Counted from the first letter of the stretch, positions 51,836 through 62,063 are shown. The stretch: DNA of 64,000 nt from an uncultured delta proteobacterium (GCA_963776345.1 CAVZMH010000016.1:128001-192000); one strand, 5' to 3'. Notes: a model not told the origin generated them from the letters alone. Program-made: numbers and translations.

Positions 51836-53650
51836 GTGGACGCGGACCTGGACAGCCCCCGGGTGGACGCTCCCGCGGGGCCATTGCTCGGCGAGGGGTG
51901 GGAGCTCCGTCCGTCCACCGGCCGCGCCGCGGGCACCGTGCTGGTGGTGCCACCGGAGGGCGCGGTCCTCGGGAGCTCGCGGGAGTGTGAGCTGGTGCTG
52001 TCCGACGAGAGCGTCGCCCCCCGGCACCTGCGGCTCTCCCGGGCCCCCGGCGGCCGGCTGGGCTTCGTGCACCTCGGTGGGCGCTGGCCCACCCTGCTCG
52101 ACGGCGAGCCACGGACCAGCGGCACGCTCGAGGAGGGGAACCTGCTTCAGGTCGGAGCGGTGCTGCTCTCGGTCGCCCGGCGCTCGATGACCGCACCGCC
52201 CGGGGGCCCCGCCACCGAGGACGACGAGCCGCCGCTCGCACCCGGCACCGTGCTCGCCGAGCGCTACCGCATCCACGACCTCGTCGGCCGCGGCGGCATG
52301 GGAGCCGTCTACCGCGCCGAGCACCTCGCCCTGGGCAACACCGTGGCGGTGAAGGTCCTCCGTGCCTCGCACGGGGCGCGCACCGACATCGTCCGCCGCT
52401 TCCAGCGCGAGGCGGTGGCGGCGAGCCAGATCCGCCATCCGGGCATCGTCGAGGTCACCGACTTCGGCCGCACGCCGGACGGGCGCTTCTACCTGGCGAT
52501 GGAGTTCGTGGACGGCGAGACGCTGGCCCGCCGGCTGGCGAGGCTCGGCCCGTTCGCGCCCACCGAGGCGGTGTCGCTGGTGCGCACGCTCGCCCGCGCG
52601 CTCGGCGCCGCGCACGCCCGCGGCATCTACCACCGGGACATCAAGCCGGAGAACGTGCTCCTCGCCGCGGACGGCAGCATCAAGCTGGCCGACTTCGGCA
52701 TCGCCCGCCTCGCCGAGGGCCCGCGCGACGCACGCGAGACCGCGGCGGGGCTCATCTTCGGCACGCCCCACTACATGTCGCCGGAGCAGGCCGCCGGCCA
52801 GCGCCAGGACGGTCGGAGCGACGTGTACGCGCTCGGCGTCCTCCTCTTCGAGCTCCTCACCGGCGCTCCTCCCTACGTGGGGGCGAGCGCCACCCACGTG
52901 CTCGCCGCGCACCTGCTCTCGCCCGTGCCGCGCCTGCCGGCACAGGGTCCGCACGGGCCCATCCCCTCGACCCTCGCCGACCTCGCGGGGCGGATGATGG
53001 CCAAGGACGCGGCCGAACGCCCGGCGAGCATGGCCGAGGTCGAGGCCGCGCTCGACGCGGTGATGGCCGGTCAGGCGCTCCCCCCGCCCACGCCGCGTCG
53101 CAGCGCCGCGCCCTGGCGACGGGGCGTCGTCGTCGCGGCCGTCGCGCTCGCCACGGTGGCTGGCGCGGTGGCGCTGGCGATCCGGACCGGGCGGCCGCCC
53201 CCGACCTCCTCCCTGGCCGCCGGCCCGCCCGCCAGCGGCGCACCCACGACCGCGGCCGCCGAGGGGGCGCCGCCCGCCGTGGAGCCCCAGGCGCCCGCCG
53301 GAGGCGCGGTGGCGACACCCGGGCCGCCCGCTCCCGCGGTGCATGCCGCGGCCGAGAACCGGCCGACGGCCACGCCCCCGCCCAGGCCGCAGCGTGCCGC
53401 TTCCGTCCCGGTCGAGCTCCGGTCGACGCCTTCGGGAGCGCGGGTCACCCTTCGTGGACGGCCGCTCGGGCAAACGCCGCTGTCGGTTCGTCTTCCCGCG
53501 GACACCACCGTGCTGCTGGTGTTCGAGGCCGAGGGACGGCTGTCCATCGCCGAGCGGGTGAGGCCACGGAGCGGGCTGGTGGTCACCGCGCATCTGCCGC
53601 CGGCGCCGATCACCCCGGGCCTCGAGGACCTCAAGGCCTCGCCGTACTGA
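51836..53650 (+). CDS. Ser/Thr protein kinase with N-terminal degenerate FHA, TM helix and C-terminal PEGA-like domain
   Basis: GRGGMGAVY, VAVK, HRDIKPEN, DFG, GTPHYMSPEQ; TM helix GVVVAAVALA; STPSGARV..G..LGQTPL. Confidence 0.92.
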   Translation: MDADLDSPRVDAPAGPLLGEGWELRPSTGRAAGTVLVVPPEGAVLGSSRECELVLSDESVAPRHLRLSRAPGGRLGFVHLGGRWPTLLDGEPRTSGTLEEGNLLQVGAVLLSVARRSMTAPPGGPATEDDEPPLAPGTVLAERYRIHDLVGRGGMGAVYRAEHLALGNTVAVKVLRASHGARTDIVRRFQREAVAASQIRHPGIVEVTDFGRTPDGRFYLAMEFVDGETLARRLARLGPFAPTEAVSLVRTLARALGAAHARGIYHRDIKPENVLLAADGSIKLADFGIARLAEGPRDARETAAGLIFGTPHYMSPEQAAGQRQDGRSDVYALGVLLFELLTGAPPYVGASATHVLAAHLLSPVPRLPAQGPHGPIPSTLADLAGRMMAKDAAERPASMAEVEAALDAVMAGQALPPPTPRRSAAPWRRGVVVAAVALATVAGAVALAIRTGRPPPTSSLAAGPPASGAPTTAAAEGAPPAVEPQAPAGGAVATPGPPAPAVHAAAENRPTATPPPRPQRAASVPVELRSTPSGARVTLRGRPLGQTPLSVRLPADTTVLLVFEAEGRLSIAERVRPRSGLVVTAHLPPAPITPGLEDLKASPY

Positions 53651-53660
53651 GGCCGCTGGG

Positions 53661-53746
53661 ACCTACCGGGACGCCGCGGCCTTGACCTACCCGACGCCGG
53701 GGCTCCTGGCCTACCGGACGCCGCGGCCTTGACCTAACGTCGCCGC
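53661..53746 (+). repeat. Intergenic tandem repeat, about 24-bp unit, 3.5 copies
   Basis: ACCTACCGGGACGCCGCGGCCTTG / ACCTACCCGACGCCGGGGCTCCTG / GCCTACCGGACGCCGCGGCCTTG / ACCTAACGTCGCCGC. Confidence 0.8.
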
Positions 53747-53751
53747 TCGAG

Positions 53752-54621
53752 ATGATGGCGATGGTGATGGCCGGCCTCTTGCTCGCGGCCCCACCAGGGG
53801 ACGTGGAGCAGGCCCGGGCCGACTTCGAGCAGGGTGCGGCGCTGTACCGCGCGGGAGATTTCCGCGGCGCCCTCGCCGCGTTCGAGGCGGCCCAGGCCCG
53901 CGCTCCGGCGCCGCAGGCGCTGTTCAACATCGCCCGGTGCCAGGAGCGGCTCGGTCAGCTGGCCGACGCCGTGGAGTCGTACGGGGCGTACCTCGCGCTG
54001 GCCCCGGATGCGCCCGATCGCGAGGCGGTGGCCGCGCGCATCACCGAGCTCCGGGCGCGGCTCCCGCTGGACGCCTCGCTGCAGGTCACGGTCCAGCCGC
54101 CCTCCCCCGTCTCCGTGGATGGCGACGCGGCCGGGCTCTCGCCGGTGTCGGTCCGGCTCAGGCCCGGACCCCACCGCGTGCGGGCGACACAGGATGGCTA
54201 CCAGCCGCTCGAGCGGGACCTGGAGCTCGCCGCCGGAGCCCAGGTGCAGCTCGAGCTGTCCCTGGTCCCGCTGATCCCGGCCGTCGCCGCGACCGGGCGC
54301 GCGCCCGACGCGGCGGTCCACGACGCGGTCGCGCCACTGCCGAAGACGCCGCCGCGGCGCTGGACCTACGTCGCCGCGGGGCTCGCCGCCGCCTGCCTCG
54401 CCGCGGGCATCACCTTCGGGGTCAGCGCCCACCAGGCGGAGGACACGCTCAAGACCGGTCCCCCCCGGAGCCAGGAGTCGGTGCAGCAGGTCTACGACAC
54501 CGCGATCGCCCGGAGCAACGCCGCGAACGGCTTCTACGCCGCCGCCGGCATCACCGGCGCCGCCGCCATCGTCCTCTTCTTCCTCGAGCCACACCTCGGC
54601 GCGCCGGCGGAGGCCCGCTAG
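53752..54621 (+). CDS. TPR + PEGA domain protein
   Basis: A.ADFEQG.ALY.AGDF..AL.AFEAA, LFNIARC.E.LG, PEGA (VSVDG..PGPHRV...DGY), hydrophobic C-terminal hairpin; start uncertain. Confidence 0.85.
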   Translation: MMAMVMAGLLLAAPPGDVEQARADFEQGAALYRAGDFRGALAAFEAAQARAPAPQALFNIARCQERLGQLADAVESYGAYLALAPDAPDREAVAARITELRARLPLDASLQVTVQPPSPVSVDGDAAGLSPVSVRLRPGPHRVRATQDGYQPLERDLELAAGAQVQLELSLVPLIPAVAATGRAPDAAVHDAVAPLPKTPPRRWTYVAAGLAAACLAAGITFGVSAHQAEDTLKTGPPRSQESVQQVYDTAIARSNAANGFYAAAGITGAAAIVLFFLEPHLGAPAEAR

Positions 54622-54622
54622 G

Positions 54623-57550
54623 GTGCGTCGGCCGCTGGCCGGTGTGGCGTGGACGCTGGCGGTCGTCCTGCTGGCCGGCTGCAAGCTCGATCTCACCGGC
54701 GCCGCCTGCAACACCAACGACAACTGCCCGGTCCGGCAGTACTGCTCCGTGCCGGAGGGGGTGAAGCAGGGCACCTGCCAGTCCGGCGCGCGCTTCACGG
54801 CGATGCTGACCCTTGCCGCTGACTCACCCATCCTGCCGGCAGGAGCGACGACCCAGGCGGAGGCCACGCTCACCGCGGACGGCGGACCTCCCGTCCCCGA
54901 CGGCGGGCTGGTCACCGAGCTCGTCGACTGGAGCGTCCAGACCGGGGGCGAGGCCATCGTCTCGGTGAGCAACGACGCGGGGACCCGGGGCCTGGTGCAG
55001 GCGCTCGGCCCGGGGCAGGCGACGCTCGTCGGGAGCATGGTGTTCGCCGACCAGCGGATCGAGGGCGCCACCACCATCGTGGTGAGCAACGCCGCGCTCC
55101 AGCGCATCGTCGCCGTCGCCGACCGCCTCCAGTACGCGCCCGGCACCGCGGGAAGCGCCGCGGCCACCGGCTTCTTCAGCGACGGGACCCACGCCGACCT
55201 GACCTCCCTGGTGAAGTGGTCGAGCAGCGCCCCCGCGGTGCTCACGGTGTCCAGCGCCTCGGGGAGCTGGGGGCGCCTCGCGGCGGTGGCCCCGGGCCCG
55301 GCCCTCCTCGGGGCGGCGTACCTGAGCCTCACCGGGACGACCTCGGTGGTGGTGGGCGACGCGACCCTGGTCGGGCTGTCCATCTCCCCGCCGCGCCCGC
55401 GAGGGCTCGAGGGGATGGAGCTGGAGATCGAGGCCACGGGCGTGTTCTCCGACGGCACGGCCCAGACGATGACCCGCTCCGTGCAGTGGGCGCTGGACGA
55501 CCAGGGCCTCGGGTACTTCGCCACGCCGGGTGTGGTGACCCTGCTCGCCCCCGGCAGCACCACGGTCCGGGCCGTGGCCGGTTCGGTGGAGGCGCAGGCC
55601 CTGCTCGACATCGACCCGTTCGCTCCGGTGCAGCTCGAGATCTCCCCTGCCTGGCCGGATCCCCTGCTGGTCGACGGCACCACCCGGCTCTCGGCCTGGG
55701 CCACCCACCAGGCGGGGACCGTCGCTCCGGCGGCGGTGGACTGGAGCACGAGCGCTCCGCCACTGACCGTCTCCTCCGCCGGGGACCTCCTGGCCCTGTC
55801 GCCGGGGCTGGCCACGGTGGTCGCCGACGCCGGGGCGCTCGACGCCCACACGACCGCGGAGGCCACCGCGGGCCCGGGCGTGAGCTGGCTGGTCTGGCCC
55901 CCCGAGGCGATCGTCCCGGTGGGGGCCGAGGGGACGCTGGCGCTGGAGCGCACCCATGCCGACGGGACGGTCCAGGACCTCACCGTGGTCGCGGGCTGGC
56001 GGCAGGGAGATCCCGACGCGGGCTCGCTGGACGTGGAGACCGGCGACACCGGCGGGACGGTGCGCTCCCGCCAGCCGGGATCACGCGTCCCGGTGCTCGC
56101 GGTGCTCCCCGGAAAGGTCGCCCGGGCATGGGTTCGGGCCCCGGCGGGGCTCCCGACGCTGGAGATCGTCCCCGCCGCGGGCGCGTTCCCGGTGGGCGCG
56201 CGCACCCGGCTCGCGGCGGTGGGGCACTGGCCCGACGGGACGGTGGTGGACCTCACCGGCGCGGCGAGCTGGACGGCGGTGCCGGACGGGGTGGTGGTGG
56301 CCGGAGACGGCCCGAGCGCCGGGCTGGTGCTCGGAGCCGATGCCGGGGTGAGCACGGTGCGGGCCCACTTCGCCGGAGCGACCGCGCAGGCACAGCTCGT
56401 CGCCGAGCCCGAGACCGGCGTCCTCGAGGTCTGGCCCCCCAGGGCGACCCTGGCCGCCGGGACGGGGTTGCCGCTCTCGGTGAGCCTGGTCTCGTCGTCG
56501 GGCGAGTCGACCGACGTCACCCCCGACGCCGTCTGGACCTCCGGCGCGCCGCGGGTGGCCGTCGCCACCAACGCCCCGGGCCGGCACGGCCAGCTGCTCG
56601 GCCGGGCCCCCGGGAGCACCGTCCTGACCGCGCACCTGGACGGGCTGCAGGCCACGCTCTCCGTGGTGGTGACGGCGGCCACGCTCCAGGCGGTCGAGCC
56701 CCAGGCACCGCCCGCGGTGCTGACCTGGGTTCCCGTCCGCTTCCTCGCGACCGGCCGGTTCTCGGACGGCAGCGCGCAGGACCTCACGGGGTGGGTCAGC
56801 TGGACCACCTCGGACCCGGGCGTCCTCCGGCTCCGCGGCACCGGCTCGGAGCGGGGCGCCGCGCACGGCGTCGACGCCGGGGTGTCGCTGGTGGCCGCGC
56901 GCCCCCGCGGGGGCCCGGCGACCGGAATCCCCGTCACGGTGAACGGGGCGCCGCCCTCCTCGCTCTCGGTCACCGTCCCCCAGGGGCCGGTCGCGCTGGG
57001 GACGCGCCCGCACGTGCAGGCGGTGGCGCGCGCCGCGGACGGCACGACGGTCGAGGTGACGGGGCTGGTCGAGTGGAGCAGCTCGGACCCGACCGTGGCC
57101 ACGGTGTCCAGCGTCGTCCGCCCCGGATGGGTGACGACGCTCCGCACCGGCACCACGTCGCTCGGCGCGCGCTTCGCGGGGCTGAGCGGGAGCGCGCCCC
57201 TCCAGGTCTCCGGAGACAGCCTGACCAAGCTCTCGCTCTCCGCCCCGGGCAGCCTCCCGCAGGGGTCGAGCGCGACCGCGATCGCCACCGCCACCCTGTC
57301 GGGCGGGGGCTCCCAGCAGCTCGGAGAGGACGTCGTCTGGTCGTCGGACGCTCCGGCCGTCCTCGGCGTGTCCAACGCGCCCGGGGCGCGCGGCCGGCTG
57401 CTCGCGCTCGCGCCGGGAACCGCGACCGTGCGTGCGCGCACCCGGGCCGGGCTGCCTCCGGTGCAGGCGACCGCCGTGGTGACGGTCTCCGCACCCCCGC
57501 TCCGTGCGCCGTCCTTCGGGCCGGTTCGTGCCCTGGCTCCCCGCCGGTAG
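54623..57550 (+). CDS. Large lipoprotein with Cys-rich N-terminus and tandem bacterial Ig-like (Big_2-type) repeats
   Basis: Lipobox LAGC; CNTNDNCP..QYC..C; repeated ATG.FSDG...DLT..V.W.SS.P.V..VS motifs. Confidence 0.85.
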   Translation: MRRPLAGVAWTLAVVLLAGCKLDLTGAACNTNDNCPVRQYCSVPEGVKQGTCQSGARFTAMLTLAADSPILPAGATTQAEATLTADGGPPVPDGGLVTELVDWSVQTGGEAIVSVSNDAGTRGLVQALGPGQATLVGSMVFADQRIEGATTIVVSNAALQRIVAVADRLQYAPGTAGSAAATGFFSDGTHADLTSLVKWSSSAPAVLTVSSASGSWGRLAAVAPGPALLGAAYLSLTGTTSVVVGDATLVGLSISPPRPRGLEGMELEIEATGVFSDGTAQTMTRSVQWALDDQGLGYFATPGVVTLLAPGSTTVRAVAGSVEAQALLDIDPFAPVQLEISPAWPDPLLVDGTTRLSAWATHQAGTVAPAAVDWSTSAPPLTVSSAGDLLALSPGLATVVADAGALDAHTTAEATAGPGVSWLVWPPEAIVPVGAEGTLALERTHADGTVQDLTVVAGWRQGDPDAGSLDVETGDTGGTVRSRQPGSRVPVLAVLPGKVARAWVRAPAGLPTLEIVPAAGAFPVGARTRLAAVGHWPDGTVVDLTGAASWTAVPDGVVVAGDGPSAGLVLGADAGVSTVRAHFAGATAQAQLVAEPETGVLEVWPPRATLAAGTGLPLSVSLVSSSGESTDVTPDAVWTSGAPRVAVATNAPGRHGQLLGRAPGSTVLTAHLDGLQATLSVVVTAATLQAVEPQAPPAVLTWVPVRFLATGRFSDGSAQDLTGWVSWTTSDPGVLRLRGTGSERGAAHGVDAGVSLVAARPRGGPATGIPVTVNGAPPSSLSVTVPQGPVALGTRPHVQAVARAADGTTVEVTGLVEWSSSDPTVATVSSVVRPGWVTTLRTGTTSLGARFAGLSGSAPLQVSGDSLTKLSLSAPGSLPQGSSATAIATATLSGGGSQQLGEDVVWSSDAPAVLGVSNAPGARGRLLALAPGTATVRARTRAGLPPVQATAVVTVSAPPLRAPSFGPVRALAPRR

Positions 57551-57597
57551 TCCGATGGCGCACCGTGCGCAGGCGGTGCTAGCTCCTCGAGCCAGCG

Positions 57598-58977
57598 ATG
57601 GAACCGACAGCTCCGCAGGACGCCCCGGCCCCGCCCGCGCCCGACCGGGTCCTGGTCGTGGACGACGAGCGGAACATCCGCGCGATGCTCCGGGTCTGCC
57701 TCGAGCAGGCGGGCTGCGAGGTGCGGGAGGCCGGCTCCGCGGAGGCGGCCCTGGCCGCGCTGGGGGCCGCGCCTGCGGAGGTGGCGTTCGTCGACCTGCG
57801 GCTCGGGACCGGGAGCGGGCTCGACCTCGTCCCGGCGCTCCTCGCCGAGAATCCGGACCTGGACGTGGTGGTGGTCACCGCCTACGCCTCGATCGACACC
57901 GCCATGGAGGCCGTCCGGCGAGGCGCGCGCGACTACGTCCCGAAGCCCTTCACCCCGGCGCAGATCCGCACCGTGCTGGAGCGGCTCCGCGAACGCCGGC
58001 GGCTCCGGGCGCGGGTGGAGACGCTCGAGGACCGGCTGGCCGGCGTGGACCCGGACGCCCTGCTCGAGACCCGGTCCCCGGCGATGCAGGCCACGCTCTC
58101 GCTGCTCCGCCGTGCCGCGGCCTCGGACGCCGCGGTCCTGCTTCGGGGCGAGAATGGCACCGGGAAGAGCATCCTGGCCCGGGCCCTCCATCGGCTCTCC
58201 CGCCGGGCAGAGAAGCCCTTCGTCACCGTCAGCGCCCCCACCCTCTCCGACCAGCTCCTGGTCTCGGAGCTCTTCGGGCATGTCCGCGGGGCCTTCACCG
58301 GGGCGGTCCGCGATGCGCCGGGCCGGGTCGAGGCGGCCGAGGGCGGGACGCTGTTCCTCGACGAGATCGGAGAGCTCGGCCCCACCACCCAGGCCCAGCT
58401 CCTTCGCTTCCTCCAGGAGAAGGCCTTCGAGCGGGTGGGCGAGACGCGGACCCGCCACGCCGACGTGCGGATCGTCTCGGCGACCAACCGGGAGCTCGAG
58501 GCGGACGTGCGCAGCGGGCGCTTCCGCGAGGACCTCTTCTACCGGCTCAACGTGGTGGAGATCCGCGTCCCTCCGCTCCGGGAGCGCCGGGAGGACATCC
58601 TCCAGCTGGCGGGCCGGATGCTCCGCCACTTCGCCACCTCGCTCCACCGCCCGGGCCTCGAGCTCGCTCCGGAGACCGCCGCAGTGCTCGAGGGCTACGG
58701 CTGGCCGGGGAACGTGCGCGAGCTGCGGAACGCGGTCGAGCGGGCGGCCATCGTCTGGCCGGCGGACGTGCTCCCCCCGGCCGCCTTCCCCGAGCGCATC
58801 GCCGCCACCCAGGCCGCCGCCCCCGCCCTTGGCGGCCCGTTCTCCCTGGAGCAGATCGAGCGGGAGCACATCCTGCGGGTGATGGCCGGCGCCCCCACCC
58901 TCGACGAGGCGGCGCGCATCCTGGGCATCGACGCGTCCACTCTGTGGAGGAAGCGCAAAAAGTTCGAAGGGAGCTGA
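57598..58977 (+). CDS. Sigma-54-dependent response regulator (REC-AAA+-HTH, NtrC/AlgB-like)
   Basis: VLVVDDE, phospho-Asp VDLRL, GENGTGKS, ELFGH.RGAFTGA, LFLDEIG, FREDLFYRLNV, WPGNVREL, HTH. Confidence 0.95.
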   Translation: MEPTAPQDAPAPPAPDRVLVVDDERNIRAMLRVCLEQAGCEVREAGSAEAALAALGAAPAEVAFVDLRLGTGSGLDLVPALLAENPDLDVVVVTAYASIDTAMEAVRRGARDYVPKPFTPAQIRTVLERLRERRRLRARVETLEDRLAGVDPDALLETRSPAMQATLSLLRRAAASDAAVLLRGENGTGKSILARALHRLSRRAEKPFVTVSAPTLSDQLLVSELFGHVRGAFTGAVRDAPGRVEAAEGGTLFLDEIGELGPTTQAQLLRFLQEKAFERVGETRTRHADVRIVSATNRELEADVRSGRFREDLFYRLNVVEIRVPPLRERREDILQLAGRMLRHFATSLHRPGLELAPETAAVLEGYGWPGNVRELRNAVERAAIVWPADVLPPAAFPERIAATQAAAPALGGPFSLEQIEREHILRVMAGAPTLDEAARILGIDASTLWRKRKKFEGS

Positions 58978-59049
58978 GCCTGGTCGGCGGCGCGCTGCTG
59001 CGCTCCCGCAGGCGTCGCCCTGACGCGGGGGGTTGAAAAGTGGCCGAGC

Positions 59050-60909
59050 TCAGGTGGCGGCAGATGCCAGGACCGGTCGCGCGCCCGTGTCCGAGTCAGG
59101 CAGCTCGATCCAGAAGACCGTCCCCGCTCCAGGGGCGCTCCGGACACCCACCTTGCCGCCGTGCGCCTCCACCACGTCGCGGACGATGGAGAGTCCCAGC
59201 CCCGCGCCCCCCGGTTGTGAGCCCGGCACCCGGTAGAACTTCTCGAACAGGCGCGGCTGGTATTCCGGGGCGATGCCCGGCCCCTCGTCCTGCACCTCGA
59301 TGCGGACCCCGCCGCTCGCCCGGAGTGCCCGCACCACCACCGGCCGTCCCGCCGGCCCGTGGTGAACGGCGTTGGCCAGGAGGTTGGTGAGGGCGAGGTC
59401 GATCCGGTCCGGATCGGCCACCAGCCGCTCGGCCCCGGGCTGGATGTCCAGCTCGATGGGAACCGCCCTCTTCTCGGCCCCATCGCGGACCGCCCGCTGC
59501 GCCTGCCCGAGCACCAGCTCGGTGGAGAGCTCGCGGGGGTGCAGCTCGAGCCGTCCCGAGCGGATGCGCGCCAGGTCGAGCAGATCGTCGACGATGCCCT
59601 GCAGTCGCTCGCACTCCTCGCGGGCGGCGACCACCAGATCCAGCTGCTGCTCGGAGAGCGGCCCCACCGTCTGCTCCGCGAGGAGGTGAATGGCCATCCG
59701 CAGGCTGGTGAGCGGGGTCCGGAACTCGTGGGCCACGGTGGCGACCAGGTCGTCCTTCAGCTCGTCGAAGCGCCGGAGCCGGGTGATGTCCTGCAGGAGC
59801 ACCGTGACCCCGAGCAGCTGGCCCTCGTCGCTCGAGACGCGGTTGGCCCGGGGGAGCAGCGCCCGGTTCCCGTCACTCGATTCGACCAGGAGCGCGTCCT
59901 CGAACCCCCGCGGCTGCACCGCGGCGGCGCCGGCGAGGACCTCGTCCCGGATCCGCTCCACCCGCTCCCTCACCGCGGGCGGCGCCGATGCGAGGTGTCC
60001 ATCCGCAGCGCGGATGCCGAGGATCTGTTCCGCGGCGCGGTTGGCATTGGCCACCTTCCCCTTGATGTCGAAGACCACCACCGGATCGGGAAGGCTGTCG
60101 ATGGTGGCCTGGGCCGCCAGCTGCGCCTCGAGGAGCTCCCCCAGGCTCGAGTCGCGGTAGCGCTGGAGACTCTCGGCCATGGCGTTGAAGTCGCTGGCCA
60201 GCTGGGTGAGCTCCGAGCCGCCGCCCTCCGGCACCCGGGCCCGGGCCGCGTAGTCGCCCTGACCGAGCCTCCGCACCGACTGCCCGAGCACCGCGACCGG
60301 CCGCAGCGCCCGGGCGGTCAGCGCCGCCGAGGCCAGGAGGCCCAGCACCAGCGCGGCGAGCACCCCGGCGACCACTGCCGTCTCCACCCACTCGCTCTGG
60401 CGCCGCAGCCGGGTGCTCTTGAGCACCATCGCGTCCTGGTTCAGCGCGAGGATCTCGTCCGCGGCGGCCTTCACCCTGAGGAAGCCGGGCTGGAGCGCGT
60501 CCAGGTAGGTGCGCCGGAGCTGCTCCTCGGGCGCGGCGAGGAAGCGCTCGAAGTCGCGCTGGTAGGCGGTCCAGGCCTCGCGGAGCGTCCCCGCGGCCTG
60601 GGCCTCGCCCGGCTCGGTGATGTTGCGCTCCTCCACCTGCAGCTCCCGCTCGAAGGCGGGGCGGTGCTCGCGGGCCAGCGCCACGCCACGCTCACGCTCG
60701 CCGATGACCACGAAGAGTGCGCCGCTGTCCAGCCGCTCGATGGACTCCTTCATCCGCTGCGCCGCGAGCACGCTGCGGTAGTTGTCGGAGAGGATCCGCT
60801 CGCCGGCGCGCCCCAGGGTATTGCTGGTGAGGACCGAGAGGACCGCCACCGCCGCCAGGGCGACCGCCAGCGGGGACTGGGCGATGAGCAGACGGGTCCG
60901 GAGCGTCAC
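59050..60909 (-). CDS. Sensor histidine kinase (four-helix sensor, HAMP, PAS, HisKA, HATPase; KinB-like)
   Basis: Two TM helices, HAMP, ATVAHEFRTPLTS, NLLANA, DEGPGI, GAGLGL. Confidence 0.93.
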   Translation of the reverse strand: MTLRTRLLIAQSPLAVALAAVAVLSVLTSNTLGRAGERILSDNYRSVLAAQRMKESIERLDSGALFVVIGERERGVALAREHRPAFERELQVEERNITEPGEAQAAGTLREAWTAYQRDFERFLAAPEEQLRRTYLDALQPGFLRVKAAADEILALNQDAMVLKSTRLRRQSEWVETAVVAGVLAALVLGLLASAALTARALRPVAVLGQSVRRLGQGDYAARARVPEGGGSELTQLASDFNAMAESLQRYRDSSLGELLEAQLAAQATIDSLPDPVVVFDIKGKVANANRAAEQILGIRAADGHLASAPPAVRERVERIRDEVLAGAAAVQPRGFEDALLVESSDGNRALLPRANRVSSDEGQLLGVTVLLQDITRLRRFDELKDDLVATVAHEFRTPLTSLRMAIHLLAEQTVGPLSEQQLDLVVAAREECERLQGIVDDLLDLARIRSGRLELHPRELSTELVLGQAQRAVRDGAEKRAVPIELDIQPGAERLVADPDRIDLALTNLLANAVHHGPAGRPVVVRALRASGGVRIEVQDEGPGIAPEYQPRLFEKFYRVPGSQPGGAGLGLSIVRDVVEAHGGKVGVRSAPGAGTVFWIELPDSDTGARPVLASAAT

Positions 60910-62063
60910 TCCCGCGCCTCCCCCAGGGCCACCACCTGCACGTCGAGGTCGCTCGCCTCGCGCACCAGGCGGAGGTCCACGGTGCGCCCGAGCAGCCGCC
61001 GCCAGCCGCCCTGGTGCGAGCGCCCGATCAGGAGCAGGCCCACGCTGTGGCTCCGGGCGAAGTCGAGCAGCGCCGTCACCGGGTCCTCTGCGCGGAGCCG
61101 GACCACCTCGGCGCCGAGGGCACGGGCGCGCTCGATATTTTCCAATAAGTGTCGCTGGGCCTCGGAGTCAATCCGGTCGGGCGCCTCGCTGGGCGTCTCC
61201 ACGTAGACCACGAACCAGTCGATGTTGAGCCGCCCGGCTACCCGCGATCCGCGGCGGAGGAGCTCGGCGGCCCGCGGCGGGTACGACGAAAGACAGACCA
61301 TGACGCGCCCCCCGGTGGACCGGGTCGGCGTCTCGGAGGAGGACTCGCGCCGGAACGTGTCTCGCTCCAGGGACTCGGCCACCTCCCGCAGGGCCAGCTC
61401 GCGGAGCGTGGCAAGATTCCCGCGCTGGAAGAAACGCTCCAGGGCCTGGGGCACCTTCTCGCTGGCGTAGATCTTCCCCGCCCTGAGCCGCTCCTCCAGG
61501 TCCTCCACAGCGAGGTCGAGGTTCACCACCTGATCCGCGGTCTTCAGCCAGGCGTCGGGGATGGTCTCCCGCACCCGAACTGCCGTGGCCCGGGCCACCA
61601 GGTCGTTGAGGGATTCCAGGTGCTGCACGTTGAACGCCCCGATGACGTTGATCCCCGCGGCGATGAGCTCCTCCACGTCCTGCCAGCGCTTCCGGTTCCG
61701 GCTGCCGGGAGCGTTGGTGTGGGCCAGCTCGTCCACCACCGCCACCTCCGGCTTGCGGGTCAGGATGCGGTCGAGGTCCATCTCCTCCACCTGGACGCCC
61801 CGGTACTCGTGGGTACGCCGCGGGACGATCTCCAGACCCTCCAGCAGCGCGGCGGTCTCCGCCCGACCATGCGTCTCGACGAATCCCACCACCACGTCGA
61901 CCCCGCGCTCGCGGAGTGCGTGGGCCTCCTCGAGCATCCGGTAGGTCTTCCCCACTCCGGCCGCGAAGCCAATGTAAAGCTTGAGCCGTCCCCGCTGTCC
62001 CTGACGCACCAGCGCCAGGAAGTCCTCCGCCCTGCGCTCTGGGCGGTCGGGGACAGAAGTCAT
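60906..62063 (-). CDS. kdpD: Stand-alone KdpD N-terminal domain + USP domain protein (split KdpD)
   Basis: GRLKLYIGFAAGVGKTYRML, VETHGR.ET, VDELAHTN, NVQHLESLND, LRELALR; no TM or kinase domains. Confidence 0.9.
   Translation of the reverse strand: MTSVPDRPERRAEDFLALVRQGQRGRLKLYIGFAAGVGKTYRMLEEAHALRERGVDVVVGFVETHGRAETAALLEGLEIVPRRTHEYRGVQVEEMDLDRILTRKPEVAVVDELAHTNAPGSRNRKRWQDVEELIAAGINVIGAFNVQHLESLNDLVARATAVRVRETIPDAWLKTADQVVNLDLAVEDLEERLRAGKIYASEKVPQALERFFQRGNLATLRELALREVAESLERDTFRRESSSETPTRSTGGRVMVCLSSYPPRAAELLRRGSRVAGRLNIDWFVVYVETPSEAPDRIDSEAQRHLLENIERARALGAEVVRLRAEDPVTALLDFARSHSVGLLLIGRSHQGGWRRLLGRTVDLRLVREASDLDVQVVALGEARE

Noticed and set aside
53661..53746. Possible mini CRISPR array
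   Set aside because: The units are contiguous degenerate copies with no unique spacers, and there are no cas genes.
53734..58869. 1711-aa minus-strand ORF and other long antisense or alternate-frame ORFs (e.g. 28447..31488, 2454..4841, 36026..38161)
   Set aside because: They shadow well-supported genes, are Arg/Pro/Gly-rich and lack motifs. This is expected from stop-codon scarcity in high-GC DNA.
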